Below, one piece after another: positions 21,019-31,021 of a stretch of 64,000 nt of DNA. Below the pieces are notes generated by a model. It was not told the origin of the DNA, ran no database searches, and was given only the letters and a program-made list of their open reading frames with translations. Positions within the stretch are counted from its first letter, which is position 1. Each line of letters opens with the position of its first letter. The position numbers and the translations under genes are program-made. The stretch spans positions 2,112,001 through 2,176,000 of the forward strand of contig CP166615.1 in NCBI GenBank assembly GCA_041937175.2. The letters are read 5' to 3'. The DNA comes from Limnothrix sp. BL-A-16. GTDB lineage: Bacteria > Cyanobacteriota > Cyanobacteriia > CACIAM-69d.

Positions 21019-21249
21019 ATGGGGAAAGCCGGACAAGTTTTAAAGCAAGTTTTGACCTCGCACGATGTCAGTCAGTATGCCCTCGCCGCCAAACTGGGCA
21101 TCGAGCGAACCACCGTATATCGCTGGTGCAATGACGTGCGCGATCCTAGTGGTGACACGATCGTGGCGATCGTCACAGCCTTAAAAAAGCTAAATCCAGA
21201 AGCGGCGCGGGACTTCGTGCGGCTATATTTGGGCGAAATTGTGGAATAG
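21019..21249 (+). CDS. XRE/Cro-like HTH regulator
   Basis: MGKAGQVLKQVL..SQYALAAKLGIERTTVYRW...RDP; divergent from the small ORF. Confidence 0.88.
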   Translation: MGKAGQVLKQVLTSHDVSQYALAAKLGIERTTVYRWCNDVRDPSGDTIVAIVTALKKLNPEAARDFVRLYLGEIVE

Positions 21250-21380
21250 CCGATCGCCCATTTTTTTGAATTTTTAGCCCCCAGCGCCTCCAATTTTGGC
21301 AAGTTGACGATCGGGCAATCTAAGAAGATCAATAGACAATATTCAATCTTCAAAAAAGATTTGTCCTTCAATCCACTGCT

Positions 21381-22568
21381 ATGGAAACCAATGTTTTAGT
21401 CGTCGGAGCCGGGCCGGCAGGCGTGGCCAGCTCCATCACCCTCAGCCAGCGGGGCATTGACCATGTGCTGATCGATCGCGCCATTTTTCCCCGCGACAAA
21501 GTGGACGGCAACGCCTTTGGCCAGGATCTGTTGGCAGCGTTCGATCGCCTCAATCGCGCTGGTTTGACAGCAGCCCTCCTCGCCAGCCCCGACCTGTTGC
21601 CCTGTCCGGCCGGCGCTTGGATTTTCAGCGATCGGGGCGATCGCTACCAACCCCCCTTGCCCCACCCGGCCGACCAAACCCCGATTTACACCATGGATCG
21701 CCAGGCCATGGATGCCCTGCTGTTGGGGTTTGTGGATCGATCGACTGCGGATCTGCGGCTGGGTTGTGAATTGGTGGCCCTGGAACCGGCGGGCGATCGG
21801 TTGGCGGCAGTGTTGAAAATCGGTGAGCAAACGGAAACCCTGCACCCCAAGCTCGTAATTGGAGCCGATGGGGCCCGATCGCGCGTGGCCAGCCTGTTGC
21901 TGAACCCCACCGAAGACCCCACCGATCGGGCCCTGACGCTCCACCGCTACTACCGCAACGTGGCCGGCTTCGAGCAGCCCCACATCGAAGCACACTATAT
22001 TCAACCCCTCTTGCCGGGATTTTTGTTCATTGCTCCCTTGGCCGATGGGCGGTTCAAAGTTGGCTTGGGCACTAGGGCCGATCAAATTGGCAACGATCCC
22101 GCCCGCCTGTCTGGTTTGCTGTCGGAAGTGATTGCGGCCAAGCCCTGGCTGCGGGAACGCTTGGCAACCGCAGAACCCATCAGTGAGCCGGAAACCTGGC
22201 CCATGACCTTTGGTGGCTCGGCCCAGATCCGCCGATCGGGCGATCGGGTGTTGCTGGCGGGTGACGCGGCCGGCCTGTGCAATCCGCTGACGGGGTTTGG
22301 CACGGCCAAGGCGATCGACTCGGGGCGGTTGGCGGCGGCCGTGGCCGCGACGGCCATTCGGGTGGGCCAGTTCGATCGCGCAGCCCTCTCCGCCTACGAT
22401 CGCGACTTGCAGCGACTATTCGATCAGGAGTTTGTCCTGTCCCGTCGGATCAATCGCTGGAATCAGTCCCCCTGGTTTATGAACTTCTTGACCGGGCGAT
22501 CGCTCCCTCGGCGCTTGCTGCAATCGGCAAAAACGCTCCACCGTTGGGATGCCCTGGTGCAGGTTTGA
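21381..22568 (+). CDS. geranylgeranyl-reductase-family FAD-dependent oxidoreductase
   Basis: VVGAGPAG, FPRDK, IGADG, LAGDAAG..NP.TG.G. Confidence 0.85.
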   Translation: METNVLVVGAGPAGVASSITLSQRGIDHVLIDRAIFPRDKVDGNAFGQDLLAAFDRLNRAGLTAALLASPDLLPCPAGAWIFSDRGDRYQPPLPHPADQTPIYTMDRQAMDALLLGFVDRSTADLRLGCELVALEPAGDRLAAVLKIGEQTETLHPKLVIGADGARSRVASLLLNPTEDPTDRALTLHRYYRNVAGFEQPHIEAHYIQPLLPGFLFIAPLADGRFKVGLGTRADQIGNDPARLSGLLSEVIAAKPWLRERLATAEPISEPETWPMTFGGSAQIRRSGDRVLLAGDAAGLCNPLTGFGTAKAIDSGRLAAAVAATAIRVGQFDRAALSAYDRDLQRLFDQEFVLSRRINRWNQSPWFMNFLTGRSLPRRLLQSAKTLHRWDALVQV

Positions 22569-22740
22569 GCAGGGGCGATCGGTTGCCCTGGGTTCAGCGG
22601 CCTTGAACCGGCAGGCACAGATTAAGCAAACAGCAATCTAGTGTTAACGGTTGCTTAAGCCCCGGCCGATACAGTGGCCAAGCTCCAAGGCACGATTCGA
22701 TCGTTCGGGAGCTTCTGCCCACTGTTGTTTCCTGTGCTGT

Positions 22741-24672
22741 ATGGCCACCACAATTTCGACCTTCGATTGGAATAACCGTCCGCTGTTGGGCACAACAGCC
22801 ACGACCAACCCCCGCAACCCTTCCCAAACCACGCCCGGTCAGCAGATTTTTCTGGGCGGGTTTTCCGGGTTAGCCTTCGAGGGAAGAGATGCCAACGGGC
22901 GGTTGCAATTCCTGACCCATACCGATCGCGGCCCCAACGGCGAGCCTACCAACCTGTTGCGCGATGTGCCCGGCAGCGAGCGGCCCTTCGCACTGCCCAA
23001 TTTTCAGCCGCAGTTAATTCGCTTTTCCTTGGATCCGGCCACTCGTGCCTTCACCCTCACCGAGACGATCGGGCTGAAGGCCGCTGACAATCGCCCGATC
23101 ACCGGCCTACCCAACGTGCAAGCGGCCGCCTCCGGTGCAGCCTACACGGACGAAGTGCCCGTGGACTTGTTTGGCAACCGACTCACAAACGACCCCGTAG
23201 GCATTGACTCGGAAGGGGTGGTGGTGGCCCCCGATGGCTCGTTCTGGATGGTGGATGAATATCGCCCCGCCATCTATCAGTTCGATCGCACCGGTAAACT
23301 CCTGAACCGCTTCATTCCCCAGGGAACCGCCGCCGCTCAACAGCCCGCCGGCACATTCGGCACGGAAATCTTGCCCGCTGTCTATGGGTCGCGACGGGCC
23401 AATCGCGGGTTTGAAGCCGTGGCCTTGGATGGCAACAAACTCTATGCCTTCATCCAAAGCGCGATCGACAATCCCGACAGCACCGCCGACACCACCTCCC
23501 GAGGATCGCGCAACCTGCGGATCGTGCAGTTGGACATCAGCACCCGCGAAGTGACCGCCGAATATCTCTACATCCTTGATGACATCACCCGCAGTGGCGA
23601 TGGACGCACCGACAAGATTGGGGATGCCGTGGCGATCGGGGGCGGCCAATTTGCCGTCATTGAACGCGACGACCTGACCGACACCAGCTCCAACAAATTG
23701 ATCTATCAGATCGACCTAGCGGGCGCGACCAACATCAATTCCCCCGCCAATTTGCGTCAACTGCCCCCCGGTAAAACGATCGAGCAGCTAACCTACGCAG
23801 AACTCAAAGCGGCCGGCATTGAACCCGTTGCCAAGCGGTTGCTCGTGAACGCCGCAGAAGCGGGCTATGTGAACGTGGACAAGCCCGAAGGCCTGGCGCG
23901 GGTTGATGCCAACACCCTCGCGATCGTCAACGACAACGACTTTGGCTTGGCGGCCGACACCCTGCCCGGTAACGGCACCGTGCCCTTTGAAACGGAAGTC
24001 ACCCCCGTGCGATTGGGCTTGATTCGGTTTGATGAGGCCCTGCCCGTAGCGCGGGAATTTCGCGGCACCAACGCCGCCGATCGACTCGATGTGCGGGGTG
24101 GCGACAACCAGGTTTTCGGCAACCAAGGCAACGACAGCCTCGCGGGCAACCAGGGCAACGACACCCTCTATGGCAACCAAGGCAACGATCTTGTGCGCGG
24201 TGGACAAGATGTAGATGTTTTGTTCGGTGGCCAGGGCGATGACCAACTGTTTGGCGACCTGGGCAGCGATTCCCTATCGGGCGACCAAGGCAACGACACC
24301 CTAACGGGCGCAGGCCTCGACAGTCTCCGGGGCGCTGGCGAAATCGACACCCTCGTCGGCGGAGCCGGTAGCGATTTGTTTGTGTTGGGCAACAGCAGCG
24401 GCGCGTTTTACAGCAACACCAACAACAGCAACCCCGGCTTGGGTGACTACGCCCTGATCACGGACTTCAGCCCCACGGACGATCGCCTGCAACTGACCAG
24501 CGGAGCCACCTACGTCCTGGGCACGACCACCGTGGATGCCACGGCGCTGGGTCTGTTCATCGACAACGACGGCACGGCAGGCCTCAGCGGCGGCGATGAA
24601 CTGATTGGGGTGTTGCGCGGTCGCTCAACGGCGGAAGCCAGCGCGATCGCCAGTCGATTCCTACTGGTCTAG
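22741..24672 (+). CDS. esterase-like phytase family protein with C-terminal RTX-type Ca-binding repeats
   Basis: GGFSGL, TDRGPN, DSEG, DEYRP, NRGFE, KPEG, NDNDFG; GNQGND repeats. Confidence 0.88.
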   Translation: MATTISTFDWNNRPLLGTTATTNPRNPSQTTPGQQIFLGGFSGLAFEGRDANGRLQFLTHTDRGPNGEPTNLLRDVPGSERPFALPNFQPQLIRFSLDPATRAFTLTETIGLKAADNRPITGLPNVQAAASGAAYTDEVPVDLFGNRLTNDPVGIDSEGVVVAPDGSFWMVDEYRPAIYQFDRTGKLLNRFIPQGTAAAQQPAGTFGTEILPAVYGSRRANRGFEAVALDGNKLYAFIQSAIDNPDSTADTTSRGSRNLRIVQLDISTREVTAEYLYILDDITRSGDGRTDKIGDAVAIGGGQFAVIERDDLTDTSSNKLIYQIDLAGATNINSPANLRQLPPGKTIEQLTYAELKAAGIEPVAKRLLVNAAEAGYVNVDKPEGLARVDANTLAIVNDNDFGLAADTLPGNGTVPFETEVTPVRLGLIRFDEALPVAREFRGTNAADRLDVRGGDNQVFGNQGNDSLAGNQGNDTLYGNQGNDLVRGGQDVDVLFGGQGDDQLFGDLGSDSLSGDQGNDTLTGAGLDSLRGAGEIDTLVGGAGSDLFVLGNSSGAFYSNTNNSNPGLGDYALITDFSPTDDRLQLTSGATYVLGTTTVDATALGLFIDNDGTAGLSGGDELIGVLRGRSTAEASAIASRFLLV

Positions 24673-24833
24673 ATCGGCTCCTCCCGTTTGGATCGCTCGT
24701 TTTCACAGGGAGCGACGGCCCCTTGTGAAACCCCCAACAACCAACCATTTCATAGTTACTTCATAGTTACTGCAAGGGGTTATCCTTGGCGGATTGCCGC
24801 TCGCTGGACTGCGTTGGCAATCCGCCAGCAAGA

Positions 24834-25397
24834 TTAACCCACAAGATCCGTATCCTCATAGATCTCCGCGATCGAGATCGAAACATTAACACTCGTTAAT
24901 TGCATCGGATCGCTCGGATTCGCCAGTTGCCACTCACCCCGATCGCTCTTTTGAAACAGCTCGATCGCCTGGCAATCCGTCGAAACGAGCACATACTCAG
25001 TCAGGCTGGGAATCGTGCGGTAATCAGCGAATTTTGCGGTGCGATCGAACCGGGCTGCGCTGGGCGAAAGCACTTCGATAATCAGGCGGGGATAGCTAAT
25101 ATATTGTTCATTATTGGGGCGATCGCGATCGTCGCAAGTCACCACAACATCGGGATAGTAGAAAGCGTTACTTGCCTCGATTCGCAGCTTCATTCCTACC
25201 AAGAAAACACTACAACCAGAACCCCGAAGCTGAGTTCTTAGCGCAACGAGTAAGTTACCAGCGATCGCATTTTGGTTCAGCGTGCTGCCAGTCATAGCAA
25301 AGACTTCACCATCGCGATATTCGTGACGGATTGGGCTGACTTCTTCGGCGGCAAGGTAATCAGCGGGGCTGATATAGAGCGGATCGGGGGCGAGCAT
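24834..25397 (-). CDS. Uma2-family PD-(D/E)xK endonuclease
   Basis: RHEYRDG, YYPDVVVTCD, IIEVLSPS, EYVLV. Confidence 0.9.
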   Translation of the reverse strand: MLAPDPLYISPADYLAAEEVSPIRHEYRDGEVFAMTGSTLNQNAIAGNLLVALRTQLRGSGCSVFLVGMKLRIEASNAFYYPDVVVTCDDRDRPNNEQYISYPRLIIEVLSPSAARFDRTAKFADYRTIPSLTEYVLVSTDCQAIELFQKSDRGEWQLANPSDPMQLTSVNVSISIAEIYEDTDLVG

Positions 25398-25440
25398 GGG
25401 GAGTCTGGTAGGGCATGGCTCGATCGTAGCAAGCCACTCA

Positions 25441-25542
25441 GCGCGTGGGAGCAATGGGAAACGATGGGAGCCAATGAGATTCAGGTTTAGGGCGCGTGGG
25501 AGCAATGGGAAACGATGGGAGCCAATGAGATTCAGGTTTAGG
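25441..25542. repeat. perfect 51-bp tandem duplication
   Basis: 25441-25491 is identical to 25492-25542. Confidence 0.9.
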
Positions 25543-27604
25543 GGTTTAAAAAGCCTTTCAAACCGGCTACCAATGTACTGACTACGATGCTGTCAGTGAC
25601 TTTTTCGAGGCTTTTTTCAATGGCGGTGGTTCCGGCTTCTCGCAAGCTACTGAGGAGGCGATCTTTGAGGGCAGGATTGCGATCGACTTCTGCTAGCACT
25701 TCGGTAGCGATCGCCATTTTTTGCGGCACGGTGGGCTGAGGATAGGGAGCAGCAGCAGATTGAACCAGTTGAATCAGTTCGTTGAGGGTTTGTTGGTTGA
25801 ATGAATCAGTAATTTTGTCACCGGTAACTTTGTCACCCATCACTTTGTCGCCACCCACATTGTCGCCACTTCCATAGTGATTTTGAGTAGTCATTTCGGT
25901 TTTATCTCCAGTCACTGTAATCAAGGGTTGCGGGCTTTTTGCACCCATGAGTAGGGCAAAAAATTGTTGATTGGTTTCTTTGGCTGCAGTCAGTTCGGCG
26001 GCAGTTCGACCGGCGGCGAGTCCTTGCTGGTAGCCTTGATCAAAGATTTTTTCGGCGTTGGCTTTGTCGAGGGTGGGGTCAACTTGCCAAGTAATCAGTA
26101 CATCATTGCCCTTGCGCTCAATGGATTGCAAGTTTGCCGGATCGAAGCCGGGTTCAGACTTTTGGAGGGTTTCGACGGCGGCGCGAAAGGCAATGGGGTC
26201 AATGCCATTCCGGATCAGGGTTTGCAAGACATTGAGGGACTCGGTAAAAAACTTTTCAAAGTCACCGGGTTCAAAGTTTTTGTTTGGATTGTGGGGGCGG
26301 CGTTCTTGGTGTCCATCTTCGTTGGGGGTTTCTAGCAGAAATACATAACGGCTTTCAACTTCTTTGAAGCAGGTGGTGCTGTCGTAGTTAAGGCCTTGGA
26401 GGCGCACACCAGTCATCTGAGCAGCGGTGAAATCAGTGCCAATCGCGTTGGTTTCGGTGAAGATAGCTTGATTGAGGGTTGCACCGGCCAAGGTGGCTCC
26501 AGAGAGGTCAGCGCGAGAAAAGTTGGCTCCCGTCGGAAAAACAAAGTTAGCTAAGTTGGCTTCGTGCAGGTTCCAGCCCACGAAGTCGGTGTGATCAGTT
26601 TTTTGGCCGCTGAGGAGCTGGCAGACCCGAAAATCAGCCAAAATCGACTGACCCGACCGAGCTTGGTTAAGTTTGTTTGCACCATAAAAGCGAACTTGAA
26701 AAAGGTTGGAACAGTTGAAGTTTGCTGCTTTAAGTATGGCTTTTTCAAATGTCACCGATTTTAGATTGGCTTGATAGAAACGGGTGCCACCCAAAGAAGA
26801 AACAATGATTGAAAGATCGTGAATGATTTTGTACTGTGGATTGCCTTTTAAGGCTTGGTGAGCAACATGAATTCCGAAGATAATCAGCACAGCCGAGGAA
26901 ACAGCTCCTGATACCAAAATGACTTGGTCGCTTCCAGCGACGGCGACGGCGATGACGATGGTAACGGCGAAGGCGACAGCGAAGGCGACAGCAACAGCGA
27001 AGGCAACGGCGAAGGTGACGGCAACAGCGAAGGCGACGGCAACGGCGAAGGCGACGGCAACAGTAAGGGCGACGGCGACGGCGAAGGCTGCGGCGAAGGC
27101 TCCACCAATGGCGACGGCAGCGGTGAAGGCGACGGCAGCGGTGAAGGCGACGGCAACGGCGACGGCGACGGTGAAAGTGAGGCTCTTGAATACAGCCTCT
27201 GTAAAACCTTGTTTGATGAGGGCAATGAGGCAGCTGATGGCTAACGCTGCTGTAAAGCCTGTCGCTAGTGCAGCAAAGCCAGACTTTCGCAAAGTATCGT
27301 TAGCATAAAACATTGTAATCATCCAGCCAGGGAAGAAACTGACAAGTCCCATCAGCGCTGAGATAATAACTATCACTCCCAACTGCACCGCTAGCCACCG
27401 CTTCTGCAAGCCTGTGCGACAACCACTAAAGTTTGCCCCCACCAGCGTTGCGCCACTGAAGTCGGCACTGTGGAGTTGGGCTTCGGTAAAGTCCGCCCCC
27501 GTGCAATCTGCGCCCCGAAAGTTAGCCCCCCGCAAGTTTGCGCACCGAAAGTCTGCCTGTTGCAGGTCTTTGCGCCCTGCGTAGTTCTTGCCTTTGTGGG
27601 CCAT
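25538..27604 (-). CDS. pentapeptide-repeat membrane protein with Ala/Val low-complexity tract
   Basis: A(D/N)(F/L)xx repeats at the N-terminus and centre; (AV/AF)n hydrophobic tract; ERRPH...F.PGDF motif. Confidence 0.85.
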   Translation of the reverse strand: MAHKGKNYAGRKDLQQADFRCANLRGANFRGADCTGADFTEAQLHSADFSGATLVGANFSGCRTGLQKRWLAVQLGVIVIISALMGLVSFFPGWMITMFYANDTLRKSGFAALATGFTAALAISCLIALIKQGFTEAVFKSLTFTVAVAVAVAFTAAVAFTAAVAIGGAFAAAFAVAVALTVAVAFAVAVAFAVAVTFAVAFAVAVAFAVAFAVTIVIAVAVAGSDQVILVSGAVSSAVLIIFGIHVAHQALKGNPQYKIIHDLSIIVSSLGGTRFYQANLKSVTFEKAILKAANFNCSNLFQVRFYGANKLNQARSGQSILADFRVCQLLSGQKTDHTDFVGWNLHEANLANFVFPTGANFSRADLSGATLAGATLNQAIFTETNAIGTDFTAAQMTGVRLQGLNYDSTTCFKEVESRYVFLLETPNEDGHQERRPHNPNKNFEPGDFEKFFTESLNVLQTLIRNGIDPIAFRAAVETLQKSEPGFDPANLQSIERKGNDVLITWQVDPTLDKANAEKIFDQGYQQGLAAGRTAAELTAAKETNQQFFALLMGAKSPQPLITVTGDKTEMTTQNHYGSGDNVGGDKVMGDKVTGDKITDSFNQQTLNELIQLVQSAAAPYPQPTVPQKMAIATEVLAEVDRNPALKDRLLSSLREAGTTAIEKSLEKVTDSIVVSTLVAGLKGFLNP

Positions 27605-27986
27605 AGCACATTCGCCAAAAGTGTAGTAGCAAATCTGGCTCCCAACAGAGCCAATCAGCTAGGCATCAACCTTAGCCCTTAAAGCTCAAAATCGCCCAAC
27701 TAATCACATAAAATCCACATAAGCACGCTTGTGCTACTTCTCACTATGAATTCAGGTCGATTGAGTTAGCCAGTTACCATTCGGCGCGATCATTCCGTTG
27801 AAGCGCCTCGATCGCCTAGCACTCAGTCAAAATGGAAACTGTGGTCAAAAGCCTGCGCCTACCTCAAACCCTACCTGACCAACCCCGATCGCCCCGATCG
27901 CAACAACCCCAAAGTCTGCGACTATCCCCCATCGCCCTGACAAACTAGCTAATGCGCCATAACTAGCCCGATCCAAAAGCTCTAAG

Positions 27987-28337
27987 ATGAAGCTAAAAGA
28001 TATTGCCAAAACTATTTTTATTGATCCTCGAAAACTCCAAGACTATGCCCTAAATCCCCAACATCCCGTTGGAGGCGCTAAAGCAAGATTGTTTCAAACC
28101 CAGCTTGGCTTCACTCAAAGCAACTATCAATTGTTGATCGATCAAATTGCTATTCATGCGCCTGAATCAGAAGCAATTCCAGGATTAAGTGATGAATATG
28201 GACAGCGCTATCAAGTAGATTTCTGGATTTTGGGTATTGAGCCTGAACAACAAGAAATTGTTAGAACAGGTTGGATCATTAAATCTGATGAAGATATTGC
28301 CAGATTGCTGACAATCTATATCCCGAGGCGTAAATGA
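27987..28337 (+). CDS. DUF6883-like putative toxin
   Basis: KLQDYALNPQHPVGGAKARLF...LGF, YGQRY, RTGWI. Confidence 0.75.
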   Translation: MKLKDIAKTIFIDPRKLQDYALNPQHPVGGAKARLFQTQLGFTQSNYQLLIDQIAIHAPESEAIPGLSDEYGQRYQVDFWILGIEPEQQEIVRTGWIIKSDEDIARLLTIYIPRRK

Positions 28338-28699
28338 TGCGATCGAGCCTGATTCCCCCCGACCTATTCGATGTTGTCGAAATTCTGCTTGATCTGCCTG
28401 ACCTAGGACTGCAAGCAGGCGATCGCGGATCAATCATTGAAAAATATGACGATCAGATTAACCCCTCCGTCTACGAAATTGAATTTACAAATCCTGACGG
28501 TGAAACCATCGCCCTAAAACGCCTATCGTCCCAGCAATTTATTGTTATTTGGCGCAATGCCACCCAAACCTGGGTCTCCCTGAGCGATCGCATTGCCGCC
28601 CTCATTCAAGTCTTGCCCGAAGATCGCCAAGAACAGGTTTTGGGGTTTACCCGCTCCCTCCTATCAACCACCCCCATTAGTCGATCGCCTAAACCATGA
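28334..28699 (+). CDS. DUF4926-like putative antitoxin/immunity protein
   Basis: LFDVVEIL.DLP..GL.AGD.G.IIE...YEIEF...DGET. Confidence 0.8.
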   Translation: MMRSSLIPPDLFDVVEILLDLPDLGLQAGDRGSIIEKYDDQINPSVYEIEFTNPDGETIALKRLSSQQFIVIWRNATQTWVSLSDRIAALIQVLPEDRQEQVLGFTRSLLSTTPISRSPKP

Positions 28700-29043
28700 T
28701 GGAAACTGTCTCAAACCTTTCCAAAACTCAACCCGCAGCACTCTCTCAAATCATTCCCACCGAAACCCTAAAACTCCTCTTAAAAACCTTTAAAGAACAG
28801 AAAGGCGAACACTTTCACCTGACAGCCTTAGGATATTTTGGTTCCTATGCTCGTGGGGAAGCTCGCCCCGATAGCGATGTCGATATCGTCTTCCAAACAG
28901 ACTACCCCAACCTCCTAGTCACCGTGGCCTTACAACTCGAACTCACAGAACTCTTGAACCGCCCCGTTGATATTCTGCGCTACCGACCAAGCCTCAGTCC
29001 GCGCCTAAAGGCTCGCATCGACCAAGAAGCGGTTTATGTCTAA
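28696..29043 (+). CDS. minimal nucleotidyltransferase (MntA-like antitoxin)
   Basis: FGSYARGEARPDSDVDI (GSx10DxD). Confidence 0.9.
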   Translation: MMETVSNLSKTQPAALSQIIPTETLKLLLKTFKEQKGEHFHLTALGYFGSYARGEARPDSDVDIVFQTDYPNLLVTVALQLELTELLNRPVDILRYRPSLSPRLKARIDQEAVYV

Positions 29044-29059
29044 ATACAAGGATTGATCA

Positions 29060-29439
29060 ATGATCGAACGCAGAATCTTATTAGAACGACTAGAGGAGAT
29101 TTTGGAGGCACTAGAACGAATTCCCGATCGCTTGCAAGATATTTCAAAACCCGAAGACTTCTTGGCAACCAAGACTGGACGCAGTAATTTAGATGCTATT
29201 TGCATGGTGCTGCTTGCGGTTGGAGAAGCATTCAAAGCCATTGATAAAAAACAGAGGGAGAATTTCTTGCTCAATATCCAGAAATCCCCTGGACAAAGAT
29301 TTTTGGACTCAGAAATTTACTAGCTCACACTTATTTTGATGTTGACGAAGCTCAAATTCTCAACACTTGCCACCATGATATTCCAGAATTAGTGACTACG
29401 GTGCAAAAAATGATCCAAGACTCACAAGATCAAGACTGA
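29060..29439 (+). pseudogene. HepT/DUF86 HEPN RNase toxin, frameshifted at A6 run 29246-29251
   Basis: Adding one A restores ...DKKTEGEFLAQYPEIPWTKIFGLRNLLAHTYFDVD...* with the RX4HXY motif. Confidence 0.85.
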
Positions 29440-29565
29440 ACAAGACTCTATCCGCCGCTGGACTTTGGTACATTAGCATCAGCCCGCCAGAGGCAAATCG
29501 CGCTGACATCCAAGACAGCGCCACCTAGGTATGAAACTTGCAAACTGAACAATCGGGCACTCACC

Positions 29566-29985
29566 ATGACTCAATCAATTCTTGTTGACACAGAAGATAG
29601 TGGGGCTGCAAGCGAGATGCCCACCCAACCGATCAACCGCAACACTTCCCCAACTACTGACCCCATTCCTGCCACCCTCGCCCAACTGCTCAACCTCCTC
29701 AAAAGCCAATTGCAAACCCTCTGGGGCGATCGCCTGGTTCACCTGATTCTCTTTGGCTCCCAAGCGAGAGGTGATGCCCATCCAGACTCCGATATTGATG
29801 TGGCGATCGTCCTCAAAAATTTTTGCGACCTAGGGGCAGAACTACAACTTGTAGGTCAACCAATCTGCGATCTTTGCTTGCAGCATGACGTAGTAATTTC
29901 TCCAGTTTTCCTAGACGAATCCTTCTTTCTCCAAAACAACGGAATGCTAATGCGAAATATCCGTAAAGAAGGTGTCATAGTATGA
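29566..29985 (+). CDS. minimal nucleotidyltransferase
   Basis: ILFGSQARGDAHPDSDIDV. Confidence 0.9.
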   Translation: MTQSILVDTEDSGAASEMPTQPINRNTSPTTDPIPATLAQLLNLLKSQLQTLWGDRLVHLILFGSQARGDAHPDSDIDVAIVLKNFCDLGAELQLVGQPICDLCLQHDVVISPVFLDESFFLQNNGMLMRNIRKEGVIV

Positions 29986-30353
29986 CCGACGATCAAAAAA
30001 ATCTTCTTGAAAAAGCTAGAGAAAGCCTCGCGGCAGCCGAATTACTATTGAGCCACGGCTACTTTTCAACTGCCGCTTCTCGGGCTTACTATGCCATGTT
30101 TTATATTGCCTCTGCATTTGTCGAAGGCGATGGACAATCATTTTCCAGCCACGCCGCGATCATCTCTACATTTGGGCGAGATTTTGCCAACCGCGATCGC
30201 GTTCCCAGGCATCTCCATCGTTATCTCCTAGATGCCCAAACCATTCGGCATCAAGCCGACTATGCCCCAATTAGCAACCTCTCTCCTGAGCTAACGCGAT
30301 CGCTGCTCCAACAGGCCCAAGAGTTCATCGAGACTGGCGATCGCCTGCTGTGA
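29982..30353 (+). CDS. HEPN domain protein (UPF0332-like)
   Basis: SRAYYAMF, SSH, RHQADY; overlaps the MNT stop codon. Confidence 0.88.
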   Translation: MTDDQKNLLEKARESLAAAELLLSHGYFSTAASRAYYAMFYIASAFVEGDGQSFSSHAAIISTFGRDFANRDRVPRHLHRYLLDAQTIRHQADYAPISNLSPELTRSLLQQAQEFIETGDRLL

Positions 30354-30609
30354 ACTGGCTGTTGCCCCCTGAACCGCAATCACCAGACCGCGTTAGCCCA
30401 GGCTAGATCGCCCCATTCAACCCATTCTTGGGATGGGCGATCGGCTGATCAGCACGAAATTTTGATCCAGTGGGCTAGCCGCTGGGCCTTGTCGATCGCC
30501 CCCCAAGAACTGATTACTTGGTTTGGATCTCGTCGAACAGAATGATGAAAGGGCGATCGAGCGGATTCAGAACACCATCAAAGGAAGGTGGCAGGGTTCA
30601 GCCCAGAAC

Positions 30610-30927
30610 TCAAATCCCGTCCGGATCCCCATCATCACGCCACACTTCCAGATCCAAATCGTTGAAATATAGCAAGGCGCTTTGAATTTGGGCGTTGGAA
30701 CCGCTGAGTTCTAGGTCAAACCAACCATCGCTCTCTTGGTCAGATCCCAGCAGGGCCGCCAGCACATTCACGGTCAGTCCAAACCGAGAAATGATGGTGG
30801 AAATCACCGGATCGGGTCGATAGTTGCTGGGCACACGGATGCGCACCCGGACTTGCGATCGATGCCCCGGTTCTGAGTCGATCGGGGAATTCGTGACCGG
30901 AGAATCGGTGTGGATGGGGTCAGTCAT
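30610..30927 (-). CDS. NIL-domain protein downstream of sbp
   Basis: RIRVP....DPVIS.IISRFGLTVNVLAALL....DGWFDLELSG. Confidence 0.78.
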   Translation of the reverse strand: MTDPIHTDSPVTNSPIDSEPGHRSQVRVRIRVPSNYRPDPVISTIISRFGLTVNVLAALLGSDQESDGWFDLELSGSNAQIQSALLYFNDLDLEVWRDDGDPDGI

Positions 30928-31021
30928 CGGATTGCCTCCCGTCCAAAATCGGGATTGTGGGAATGGGGCGGGGCGATCGCGCTGGGTCCGTTGAGGGCCG
31001 TGGGCGATCGCCCCCCAGAAC

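Noticed and set aside
26884..27308. Alternative-frame (SP)n, (DG)n and (AT/AK)n ORFs; possible DGR variable region
   Set aside because: Shadows of the hexamer tract; no reverse transcriptase or template repeat in the window
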